A stretch of DNA of 64,000 nucleotides, from assembly GCF_009914755.1 (NCBI RefSeq), contig NC_060928.1, one strand, 5' to 3'. Position 1 is the stretch's first letter. Each line of letters begins with the position of its first letter. The notes under the pieces were generated by a model. It searched no databases, was not told where the DNA came from, and worked only from the letters and a program-made list of their open reading frames with translations. Of the stretch, positions 1 through 12,230 are shown piece after piece. Source of the stretch: the human T2T-CHM13v2.0 reference genome, Homo sapiens. A program made the translations under genes and the position numbers.

Positions 1-896
1 TATCTTTCTACATTAAAAATATGGGCAAATCAAATTTCCCCATCCACCAAAGGGACGAGGTGCTGGGGAAGGTCTGATTGTTTACTCTTTACTGTGTATT
101 GTTGTCAGCAGTACATTGGTTAACTAGGAATTATTCTAAGTCCCTTCATTGCCCTGTTCTTCCAATCATTTGGCATCAGGTGAATGGTTCCAGCCTCCCT
201 AGAGGCAGCAATAAAGGACAGGGACTGGTATTGGAAGATGGTGGGGCTGTAGACCAATACCTCTGCCTCCTGTATTATTTGTCTACCCAATAAAATAATA
301 TTCTTTAATATAACAATTCACGTTTATCAATCTTGTTAAAGGATGAATTAAAGAATCTTTAGAAAAATGCTCCAGTCTAGGTAAAATCTGAACTTATTAT
401 GCGTAACACAGGTTCAAGACAAGTCCCCTATAACTCCTTCACAATCCAGTTGCTAACATTTAGCCCCTCTTATAAGAAATTCTGCAGCCACCACTGTTCT
501 AACTCCATTTCCATGCTGCATACATTTTCTGAGAGGGAGAAGAATCTTTAAACATCAAATTCTGCCATCTGTCTCAAAACTATATTCATATAAGACAATG
601 TTTCCATAAGCCCCAGGAAATTGGTTTAGGTAAATAAAGGTAGATAATATCTATGTTAATAAAAGATAGTGATATATTTTCTCTCTCTTCTTCTTACTGT
701 GTTCATTGTTTTTTTTTAAGTACCTAGGTAATGTCATCTTTTAATAACCCACACCTCCACCAATCCTTATAATGTAAATCATTCAGAATTTAGATTCTAA
801 ATTAAATAAGGTTTATTATGCTCCTGGTTAAGAAAAGAAGGTTATCATAGTTTTGTGGAAGAGCTAAGAAAACACACCCCTAATTTTATGGGGAGG

Positions 897-1155
897 CTAT
901 GGAGTGCAATGGAAAAGTACTTGAACTTTGGAGTAGCCCTGACTTTGAATCTGGACTTTTCACTTATTGGCTGTGTGAATCTAGCTGCATAACCTATTAC
1001 AAACTCAGTTTCCTTTAGCTATACGGTTGGAGGAAACTTTATCTAAATTTGTATCTCAGGGGGTTTTTGTGGTACTTAAATGAGATCCTCTATGCAGAAG
1101 CAGGGTGACAAGCAAGTACTTGGCATATGGTAACCGCACAGGAGATGGTAGTTAT
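897..1155 (+). mobile_element. MIR SINE (degenerate)
   Basis: MIR-like core: ctgactttgaatctgg...ctcagtttcct...ttaaatgagat...ttggcatatggtaa. Confidence 0.6.
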
Positions 1156-1384
1156 CAGAAAGAAGAGGTGTGTGAAAGCAGTAATCACCAGAGCTCTTGG
1201 CTAACTTTGTGAACTGCATGGGGTTGTTGAGTTTACCATCATTCTTTTTGGTTGTACCTTACTTATTTGAACACAGTTTTATTTCTTTCAGACTTGATGC
1301 AACTATATCTGTTATCAGTTTCTCATGGCTAAGATGTGAACGAGACAACAATAGGCAAAGCTCATTTATGATGTAGACCCAAGG

Positions 1385-1530
1385 TGGGCTGGAAAGTCTG
1401 GAATAAGCTGGAAAGGTCTTGATGGAACCTTTTGTGGGTGTTAGAAATGTTCTATATCATTTTTACCCTTTACATAGATTAGTACACTTTATCCATTCTG
1501 TGTATGTTACACTTTAATAAACATTTTTAA
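1385..1530 (+). mobile_element. Old L1M 3' end fragment
   Basis: gaaatgttctatatc...tgtatgttacactttaataaa resembles L1MB/MC/ME 3' UTR ends. Confidence 0.5.
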
Positions 1531-1654
1531 ATGATTTGATAAGGATCACAAGACCCACCCATACCAAATCCACTATTAAAGCAAGTTGATTTTATTTTTA
1601 ATAAGCCTCACTGAATTTAATAAAGTTTTTTGTGCGAATTTAAAAATGACATCT

Positions 1655-1926
1655 GGCTGGGCATGGCGGCTCATGCCTGTAATCCCAGCAATCTGGGAGT
1701 TTGAGACCAGCCCTGGCAACATAATGAGACCCTGACTTTACAAAAAATTTTAAAAAATTTAAAAAAAAAATTAGCTGGGTGTGGTGGTGCTTGCCTATGG
1801 TCCCAGCTACTCAGGAAGTTGAGGTGGGAGGATCGCTTGAGCCCGGGAGGTCAAGGATGCATGAGTCGAGGTTGTGCCACTGCTCTCCAGCCTGGGCGAC
1901 AGAGTGTCTCAAAAAATAAATAAACA
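1655..1926 (+). mobile_element. AluJ with left-arm internal deletion
   Basis: ggctgggcatggcggctcatgcctgtaatcccagc start; J-type ggaggatcgcttgagcccgggaggtcaagg; A tail. Confidence 0.9.
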
Positions 1927-2270
<344 letters not shown>

Positions 2271-2274
2271 TTAA

Positions 2275-2499
2275 TCCACATTAAAAATCTGGAAGTTTTG
2301 CATAATCTGGATTTCTGGCTTGTGGAGAAGTCAGACGATCTGGCAGCAGTGGGCTGGAGCTGCATGCTTCCACGTCTAATGAAGCATTCCCTCTCCAGTT
2401 TGCCTTGGGGCCCCACTGTTTCCTGTGATCCTACACCTGTTGCTTTGCTCATTTACTCCACCTGCCTGGTCTAGTCAGCATTTGAGTTTGCCAGCCTTG
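2275..2499 (-). mobile_element. MER102-like hAT-Charlie DNA transposon remnant
   Basis: End ctcatttactccacctgcctgg...gcatttgagtttgccagccttg matches the recalled reverse-complement MER102 terminus. Confidence 0.6.
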
Positions 2500-3095
2500 T
2501 AACACAAACACTGGTTGGCCAGTTATCTTCTTCATCTCCAGCCAACTGACAAAGTTATCTTTTCCACTGAAGAACTGGTTGATGATTTTTAATCCTAAAT
2601 CGGGGAAGAGAATCGTTGTGTCTTACTCTTTGATCTCTCCAGTCCACGGCAAGCATTCATGAAATGCTTGTTGAGTGAATGAAAAACCCCGCATCATGTG
2701 CTGACTGCTTGTTTGTACGTATCTCCTGTCACATTTCTTTTCATGGCACATGGGTTTGTTAGTCCCACTGTGATTCAAACCGTCCTTTTCTACCATAGCA
2801 CAAGATGCCGGGTTAGGAAAGCGAAAGGAAAAATGTTCTCTTCACTGTCAGTTTAAATCATGATTTGAAGCAGGTTTTATTATACCAAATTATCATCAGG
2901 CTAATTGCTTGACAACCTCTCTTGTTACTGCTGGCTGGCGCCATTCAACTGATCCCCTCTGCTGATATCTGGCTGGGAGAGGCGTGGCATATCCTCACTA
3001 AGGAGAATTCTGCTACCTGGAAAAATACCCAAAGCTGCTAAGCATCATACATGCCATCTATGTCCCATTCCGAAGTTGCCGTAAATCCAATATGT

Positions 3096-3620
3096 GCAGT
3101 AGTGTTTAAGAGCATATGACTTGAAATCAGGTTACCTGGCTTCAAATCCTATTACTACCACTTGTTTTGTGACCTTGGGCAAGTTCTTTTTTTTTTTTTT
3201 TTTTTTTTTGAGATGGAGTTTCGCTCTTGTTGTCCAGGCTGGAGTGTAACGGCGTGATCTTGGCTCACTGCAGCTTCTGCCTCAGCCTCCCGAGTAGCTG
3301 GGAATACAGGCATGCGCCACCACACCTGGCTAATTTTGTATTTTTAGTAGAGACGGGGTTTCTCCATGTTGGTCAGGCTGGTCTCGAACACCTGACCTCA
3401 GGTGATCTGCCGGCCTCGGCCTCCCAAAGTGCTGGGATTACAGGCGTGAGCCACTGTACCCCGCCAACTTTGGGCAAGTTTTTAATCTCTCTGTGCTTGA
3501 GATTCTCCAGCTGGGAAATGGTGATAATAACAGTACCTCCCTAGTGGAGTGGTTGAGAGAGTTAAAACAAAATATGTATTTAATATCCTGCCTGATGCCT
3601 AGTAAACACTCTACTAAGTA
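3096..3620 (+). mobile_element. MIR split by an Alu insertion
   Basis: gtttaagagcat...gtgaccttgggcaagtt resumes after the Alu as ttgggcaagtttttaatctctctgtgc...gataataacagtacc. Confidence 0.75.
3186..3465 (-). mobile_element. AluSp with internal deletion; TSD ttgggcaagtt
   Basis: PolyT, gagtttcgctcttgttg and ggtttctccatgttggtcagg (Sp diagnostics); flanking direct repeat. Confidence 0.92.
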
Positions 3621-3675
3621 CATATGTAAGTATATAAACGTAACTGATATGTGCTTCTACCTTTCCACCTTATTC

Positions 3676-3723
3676 TTTTTTTTTATTATACTTTAAGTTT
3701 TAGGGTACATGTGCACAACGTGC
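3676..3723 (-). mobile_element. Ultra-short young L1PA 3' terminus
   Basis: PolyT + ttattatactttaagttttagggtacatgtgcacaacgtgc is the reverse complement of the L1PA2/3-type 3' end; ttattcttt on both sides. Confidence 0.85.
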
Positions 3724-4754
3724 CTTATTTATTCTTTATATTAGCTGTGGAATTGTCCCAGAGATTGAAATGGATCATTAATAATGCTAGTTTGTGTTCC
3801 ACAATGATTTTTCTCCAAGAGGCTTTTTTTTTCATTCCTAAGAATAAATTGTGAACCCAAATGTAACTCTTTTACCTGCTATTCTTAGCACTAAATGGTA
3901 ACTTGGTTTTCCCTGTCTGGGATGTTGGGACTTTGAAGGGATGATTGAGTTCAATGCCTTTAATTGCTACCTTCTGGCCAGTAACATTCTTGTGAAGAAA
4001 TACCTTGGTTTCCCCAAAGAATTAAAGAATGTGGAAAGAGAGAAAAAAGAACAGGGGGATATGATTACTTTAGGCCAGTAGAAAAGAAGCAAAATTAAAT
4101 TGAAAAAATGTGTTGATTCTCATCTGTAATTCCAGTCATTTTCATTTGTGTGCCTTTCGATTGCTGTATCATAAGTGGTTTATGTCCTACAGTTATTATA
4201 CTGGACAGGCATTGTATAATAATACTTTGGACTTAACTGACATCTTTTATGATACTAAGAAGCCTGGAGCCATTATCTCATCAAAATTGTTAAAGTTACG
4301 GTGTCATCAGCCTGGGATAAAAAATGATTGCCTGAGTGTAAAATGAGCATTGGGCTCAGCTGCTGTGTGTCTGCTTCCCTTACAGCATTTTCAAGGATCT
4401 GACTCTTTCAGACATACTTGGAGTTCAACAAATACAATTTCCCAGGAAATTAAATGAAAATGGGCTATAAGGGAGAAACTAAGCTTACTGAGTTTCTATC
4501 TAGGCTCACTGCCCAGTTTTCTTTCAACCTGAAACCTATATGTGGGAATTTGCAGAGTTGGGCTAAACTAATCGTGAACCCCACGAAGTTCATTTACTGT
4601 CTAACACATCATCATCATCTTGGACCTGGTCTCTACCCTCACCATTGAGATTTATTCTACAATCACTCTTCCTTCTAAAGATGCAGTGTGACTTCCAAAA
4701 GTGAGATGTACAGGACACCTGTTCTACCTGAATCTTTTGCATATTTTGTAAAGT

Positions 4755-4935
4755 TTATTTATTAAGCACCTAATAAATGCCAGCCATTGCTCTAGGTGTT
4801 TGGAACTCAGCCATGATAAAAATCAAAAACCTCTGTCTCATGGAGCTGACATTCTTGTGAGCAGAAGCAATAAATAACAAACACAATACATATGTGAATG
4901 AAACAGTGTGTTAGAAGTTGGTGAGTGCTCTTAGA
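4755..4935 (-). mobile_element. L2 LINE 3' fragment
   Basis: atttattaagcacct...tgccag...ctgtctcatggagctgacattct. Confidence 0.7.
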
Positions 4936-5469
4936 AAACCAGACCAAGAGTTCAAGAGGCTGTTTCTAGCTCCCCCATTCATAAATTTCCTAAGTTCCTC
5001 CTGGGAGTTTAAATGGCTATGCCCTACAGGCATTTAAACCTACCTTACACAGAAAATCAATCTACCTTACAACACCTAGAGAATAGTTTAACTGTTATGG
5101 ACAGACCCAGAAATTAAAAAAAAAAAATGAGCAAAGAAACCACAGTCTTCATTATTTTGTGCAGCTTTCCCACCATAGACCTTCATCTCTAATCCCAAAC
5201 AAGCACCTCACAAGGCCATGTGCAAATCATTAAGGAAAAAGACCAGCGGAAATCTGGTGTTCAGAAATCAAGGCTATTCATCTTGGTCTGCAGTTCATCA
5301 ACAGAGTAACATAAAACTCTCCTGCCCTGGGCTTATAAAATGGCAATTAGGAGAAAACAGGATGTGCTTGAGTAGATGAGCTACTAGCTTTGAGAGAAAA
5401 AAATGAAAGCACCATATTCAAACACTCATCTAGTTTATTCCTTTTTATCCTCTCTTCACCACAAATATT

Positions 5470-5630
5470 AGGACTAGGAAGACACTGAGTGATGTTCTAG
5501 ACCAGAGGCCTCCTCCAAGGATGAGGAACAGAGCCTTAGACAATAAGTAACGTGTTCAAGGTCACGTGCTAATCAGTGGCAGAGCCAGAAGGGAAAGCAA
5601 TGTCCCCTCCCTTCTGGTCCAGTGTGCAGC
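5470..5630 (-). mobile_element. MIR fragment
   Basis: gatgaggaacagag...aagtaac...caaggtcac...agtggcagagcc. Confidence 0.6.
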
Positions 5631-6154
5631 GGGGTCCACAGCACTGCTTCCAGATTAGATCATCATTACTTCTTCCAACAAGAATGGCCTAACCCTCTGC
5701 AAGTGATTGCCAAAGAATCTGGACAGGTAGAAAGTGAGAAGTCAAGATGTTTGTGAGAGCATTCCACATGAGGAACAGATGCGTTTGTTTTTGATCACAG
5801 CTGAGTCTGAATGCTCTCTAGAACTCAGATGTAGAGAAAGGAGGAAATACAAGATGGGGCTGTGGGCAGGTCTTACCTGGGCTGGGGGAGCAGCGTGGTG
5901 TGGATGGTCTTCCTTCTAAATGAGGGGAGCTGGTGCACATTCCAGTGTAAAGAACATCCTATGCACCAGAGTTGTCTGCACTGACTTAGGACGGCATCAT
6001 CTCCAGACTTGAGGACCCCTGAGCTCACCATTCTTCTGTCCATGAGTGGCCACCCAACCACCCAAGGGTGAAAGGTCGTGCTCTATGCTCTCACCTCAGG
6101 TCATGATGAAGGTAGGAAGAGCGACCATCCAGCCCATACCACCACAACTGGGTA

Positions 6155-6318
6155 ACATTAGAGCTCTTCCTGTAGACCAAGCACTATGCTAAGTGCTTTT
6201 TCATAGCATCACCTTCAGTCCTCACATCAGATAGGTACCCATTTCAGAGGAGAGAAAACTGACGCTTGGAAAAGCTGAATAATTTGCCTGCAATCACAAA
6301 GCTGGTGAATGCAAAGCC
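6155..6318 (-). mobile_element. MIR
   Basis: gcactatgctaagtgcttt...cccattt...aaactga...aatttgcctgcaatcaca. Confidence 0.65.
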
Positions 6319-6325
6319 TTTATCT

Positions 6326-6555
6326 CAGAGGGTGGTGGTTCAGAACATGGGCTCTGTGGTCAGATTGCTTAGGTGTGCATTCCAGATCTGCTGCTTGCTG
6401 GCTGTAAAATGTTCAACAAGTTACTTCTCGAAGCCTCAGTTTCCACATCTGTAAAGTTGGAGTAATAATTATAATATTTACCTTATAGAATTGTGGTGAT
6501 GATTAGAGAATGTAACATGGTAACTACCGACACATAGTAACTACTAACTATGGGT
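6326..6555 (+). mobile_element. MIR, head-to-head with the previous MIR
   Basis: gtggttcagaacatgggctctg...caagttactt...agcctcagtttccacatctgtaaa. Confidence 0.75.
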
Positions 6556-6560
6556 CAACT

Positions 6561-6641
6561 GTAGGTTGGAACCACATGAAATTTCTATTGTAGTGGACCA
6601 AAAATTATCAAATATTGGCAATTTCATATGGTTCAATCTAG
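6561..6641. mobile_element. MADE2 mariner MITE
   Basis: ~80 bp with TIRs taggttggaaccacatgaaatt / aatttcatatggttcaatcta. Confidence 0.8.
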
Positions 6642-6723
6642 TATTACTAAAAGGCATCCATTCTTTGTAAATATCAATGCTTTCCTTATTCATCTCATAA
6701 TTTGTGAAAGGACAGGTTATTTA

Positions 6724-7077
<354 letters not shown>

Positions 7078-8619
7078 TCACATAGATTTCTTTTACTGTA
7101 ACAACATAACATCCATGAGGACTGTGTATGCAATATACACAGTTCCCTGAGCCAACACAACCTGTTGAGGATGTTGTCACAGAGAATCTGGAGCAGAGTG
7201 GATCTGAAGTGAGCTTAAATTGGACAGAGCTGGACTATGAGGAAGTGACTGGTGACACAAATGAGTCCACTCCTGGCTCCTTTAAACTACTGTGAATGTT
7301 CTGGTCTTTTCAGGAATGGCGTTCCCATACTAGCCGGCTGATTGTGATAAACAAACGTCAAACATGACCATTCGTCATTCCGCATAGTGGAGATGAGCTC
7401 TGGTCTGCAGCAGGAGGTTGTTAAATTTGACATATTCAAAATGAATTGCACGGCCTGGCTGCTCTTGAACTCTGGCTTGCTGGGAGTAGCCTATGATGGA
7501 AGGAAATTCCACTCTGTGGTGGTGTTTTGGGGAGGTTGCATGGTGGGGAGAGGAAAACATAAAGCTGGGATAAGAACAGTGCTTTCCTAAGAAAAAAGGA
7601 GGCTACTTTTGAACGAATGCATCTATGATGCCAGATCTAGTGGGAGGCTTCTCTTCTTTTGAAAGATGATTCTGTGCCCCACCCCATTCCTATCCCACAT
7701 TTGCCTCAATTTCATTTCCTTAGATTTCACATTATAGAGATATAAATAACTCTGGAATTCAAGTGGAACATTCTAGAGAGACAGACATTCTAGTTAAAAC
7801 AGGAACAATCTTTCAATAAAATTAGTATCACCTTTGAAATGCAATGATACTTTGAGGATGCTTCAGACTTTGTTGGTGTTTGGAATGATTACTACTGCTG
7901 GTAGAAAATAATGCCACTGTGAATTCAGAATTCTGTGTGTGTGGGGAGGGGGGCATGCTCCCTTTCTCTCTTCTTTCTGTGCCTAAAAATAACCTGCAAA
8001 TCTTGTTCAAATTCTTTTGCAAGGAAATTTATAAATTGTCTGTGTATTCTATAATTATTTTCCCATCATGATGGCTCTAAGGAAAATACATTTACATACC
8101 CATAAACTCAGACACTCTTGGAGTCCCATTTTCTTTCTGTGTGTGCTGTTCCTTTTCTCTTTCTCTCTCTCTTTGTGTCTATGGTTACTGTTAAGCTGAC
8201 CCCTACAGTCTGGGGCAAATACCAAACTTGAATCAAGCACTACTTATCCATACAGCTGCGAAGGATTGCGGTTTCAGGGCCTCAGATGATAGATTTAAGT
8301 AAAGTCTGTAACTGGATGGAGTTTAGGAAACCTGTTATGATTTCATCTACAAAGGCGGGCTGCATCGCACCCCACTGTGCTGAATTTTAAGATGCGATGT
8401 GGTGTTGTTGTTTTGTCTTTTTTTATGAGCAGCATCTTTATTATAAATGATCTATTTTTATGTCTGTGGTGATTTTTATAATACTGAATTTCATTGTTGA
8501 GAACAATGACTGTAGAAAGATCTTTCTTTATTGTTCCTGTCTCTTCTCCCAGTGTCTGGAAGAAACTGTTGCTTGCAAAAAACATAGCTAATTAAAAATT
8601 GAACTTAATTAGCTACAAA

Positions 8620-9150
8620 GAAGCCCGACTCGCCAGGGCTGGGAGGAAGGGCAGATAAAGCTGCCGACGCTGTGTTCTTCTTTACCTTCGCTTTAATGGT
8701 CTTCACAGCACGTCGTGTTTATGAGTCAGAGGACCCTAGAGCGACACTTGTTGGGGACGGGCAGGACACCACAGCACGACAGGCAGCTCCTGCAAGTGGC
8801 GGCGGGAATGCACGCCGGAGTCGGCGTGCCAGCGCGGTGGAAACCGGTTCTCAGGTTCTGGCCGAGTGGACTTCCCCTTACATCAGCGGGCCAGCTCCTG
8901 TCAGGCAGGCGGCCGGCGATTGGCCGGGAGGAGGCAGTCATTCAAACTGCCTTTTGTGTTTGGCTAATCAGGGCAGCCCAGGTTCCCAGCGGAGGTGCGT
9001 CTGTGGTGTCAGACACCTGTGTCTCAGCTCTGTCTTCCTCGGGCTGGCTCCTGCGGATCCTTCCTGGGCCAGAACCGTGCCTCTAGGCCACCTCCCCCAA
9101 GCCACCAAGCCCCCGCGGTGGGCCAGCCTTGGCCCAGTGTCACGCAGGAC
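8620..9150 (+). promoter_or_regulatory. CpG-rich promoter with AP-1, RUNX, TEAD and CCAAT motifs
   Basis: About 33 CpG by hand count in ~530 bp of non-repeat DNA. TGAGTCA 8722-8728, ACCACA 8768-8773, GGAATG 8805-8810, reverse CCAAT (ATTGG) 8919-8923. Followed by a consensus splice donor. Confidence 0.8.
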
Positions 9151-9209
9151 AGAAATGACCAACAGATAACTGAGGACAATGGACCTGCCTGGGCATAGAC
9201 TTCCTTAAG
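8926..9209 (+). other. Probable non-coding first exon (5' UTR); start approximate
   Basis: GC-rich segment ending at AAG|GTAAGT (intron starts 9210), then an abrupt return to AT-rich DNA; contains only two short uORFs. Confidence 0.7.
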
Positions 9210-11925
9210 GTAAGTCCATTTTAAACCAACGATTTCTCGATGACATTATTTCTCCGTCGATGTTGGCAGAAATGCCAGCATTGGGAAGGTAAACTAAAGA
9301 GAGGTAGGGAAGTTGTTCAAGTTAGGCCTTTGTGATGAAATCACCAAGGTTTTGGGCTGTCAGATATGCTGACAAAATAATATAAAAGAATAAAGAAACA
9401 TGTACATGGGGAGGAGAGAGCTTGACAAATGACTCTAGTCCTCTCAGGCAACGGGCACTTTTTCCTATTTGATGAGAAGCTCAAATGATAACAGAGTAAA
9501 GTAACTTTTAGTTAAGGCCAACAAATATATATGCTAACTTGTATAATAAGACCAAGTCAGCCTGAACATCTTGGCTCCCTCCAATCATGCAACCTCAGGA
9601 TTTACAGCCTAATTTTAATTATAACTTATTTTTAAAGCTATCTTTAACTTTCTTATTTGGGATATGAAGGCAGCTTTTCTTTTTTAGGTTTGTTCGACAT
9701 GGGTGAATCAATGAATTGCACTTCAACAGCAAAATTGGATTGTATTGATTGGTTGGCTCACTCTTCTCATCCTTTATGTTTCAGAGAAGGTCGGATTATA
9801 AATGCAAGCACCTACATTTAAGCAACAGTTGAGATGCTTAAGAACGTGCTTCTGTGTGATTCTGATTAATCCTTAACTATGCTCTGATTTCATTTTACTT
9901 GTAAATCAATTGACACATACTTCAGGGACCATCCTGTCTTTTCTCTGGGGTTGCTGTCACCGTATTTGTAACTTGAGGATTTAATAATTGAAGATTGATA
10001 AAAAAGACTGGTGGTTTGGGACTAGTGTTTTCACCCTGTCTGTTTTGTTGTGATAGGAAGGAAGGTAATTTTCCCTTGGATTTAAATTTTTTTCATTGAA
10101 AACATTCTGAAAATGGGTAAAGTTCTCTTTATAAATCTAAAGAGGTTCTGAGACTACTTTTCCCACCTCATTAATTTCAAGGATGTAAACACCTTCATGA
10201 AAGGAAGGTGTTTACCCATTCTCAATGATTCTGTTCAAGTGATAAACAGCAATAGGGCAAACAGGTCATTCAAAATCTGTGCTAATCATCCTCAAGTGTG
10301 TTTTTTCTTCCAATGATTACAGCCAGTTGGAGTTTTCCATTTTTTTCAGCAGTTAGCTAAAGTGTCTTTATAAAAACATTTTCCTATAATAAAATAACAC
10401 ATTAGTGACATTTAATATAAACATAAAAATTACTGCTTTGATGAATAAAAGCACCAGAAATGGCATTACCCATCAGATGAAATATGATCATCACACAAGT
10501 CTACAGCAATCACTTAAAAATATAGTGTATATGCAAGTGATTTTAAAATATGGATCCATAGGTAGGTAGACACAAAGTGAATTTATAAATGTTGAAGTTG
10601 TTAAAGAGAAATGAACATTGGAAAGCTAAATAGATATTGAACATTTTTATATTTCAAAAATCTACCTTCGGTTATGAATTACAACCTAGAGAATATATAA
10701 ATCAAAGGTAATTTCCTGAGTTAAGTGTAAATCATTTTTTGTATGGAGAGGGATAAATACCCTCATCTTATTCCCTAATCTTAGCCCTAATCATTGTCTT
10801 CCATAAAAACCCCAGTATCCTAAAAAGGTACAGAAAGGAAGAGGAGAGAGCTGGTTGAAAAACTTCTTAACAATACTTAAAAGTAAACAAAGTCACAAAC
10901 CCCACGTTTCATATTAAGAGTGTAGAAAGCCCTTGTTCAGGTCTGCAGAGTACCAGGGCACTCCAAATATGTAATTTAACACATTCATTAATAACTATGA
11001 TAAATAGATATTTTATTCCAAGAACAATATCATTAGAGAGTTAGATTGGAGGGCAAGGGGATTAAGTATCTTAAGTTTATTGTTTCCCGAGTGACCATTT
11101 TTAAAAGCCTCCTTCCAGGAACTGTGGAATGCCTGCCAGGCTCCCTGACTGCTGTCTGGTGAGGGTCCCTACTGGTGCTGTGGACAGCACAATACACAAT
11201 GGGGCACAAGAAAGCCACGCAGCCTCCCCCTCCTAGACACATGCTGTGCACCCCCTTGGCTCTGCTTGGAAGGTTCAGCTCTGCAAATGGAAGGTTGCAA
11301 ACATCAGACACCTTCTTTCTGTTTCTGTCTCTCTCCCCTTCTTCTCCCCACAGTGTCCAGCCTTGGCCCCTGACTTTTCCTGGGGTTGGGGAGGCCTGTA
11401 GGTTCAGAAGCTGAGCAGCTGGGTGAAGACCTCCCTTAGCTCAATGTGCTCTGGCCATAGGGAGCAGACAAGCAAGCTGAGTTTGGGTAGCCCTAGACAC
11501 ATGGAAAAAGAAACAGCTTCCTCACCTCCACCCCTCCATAGATGACTTCATTAAAATGTCGCTGGTTAATAGGGAAAAGGTAGCACTCCTTGTTAGGCCA
11601 AACCCCTAAAAGGCATGTTTTTTAGAAAACAAAAAATAAACAAAAAAAAAATCCCCAGCAGTCTTAATGATCACATTTTGGTGACGGGTGGGAAGGTATA
11701 CTTTCATACAAATGGATGATTTTGGAAGGCATGAACCTAAGCTGTCTCACACAATTTTGCTTCTTAGTTGGACTGACTGGTTTAAAAAATGAAGCCCAAA
11801 TGATAGCCGCAGAGCGGTATGGGTGGCATATCATCTGATCCCATTGAGATAAAAGCTCTCAACAAACTTGTGTGAACCAAAACTGATAGAATGAGTGATG
11901 TTCCACAAGTGATCAAGAGACTCCT

Positions 11926-12230
<305 letters not shown>

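Noticed and set aside
5872-5880. Minus-strand donor CAG|GTAAGA suggesting an antisense lncRNA exon
   Set aside because: I could not pair it with a convincing acceptor or promoter; isolated donor motifs are common.
8672-9169. 165-aa ORF and overlapping frames over the promoter
   Set aside because: Non-ATG start, no recognisable domain; long frames are expected in GC-rich promoter DNA.
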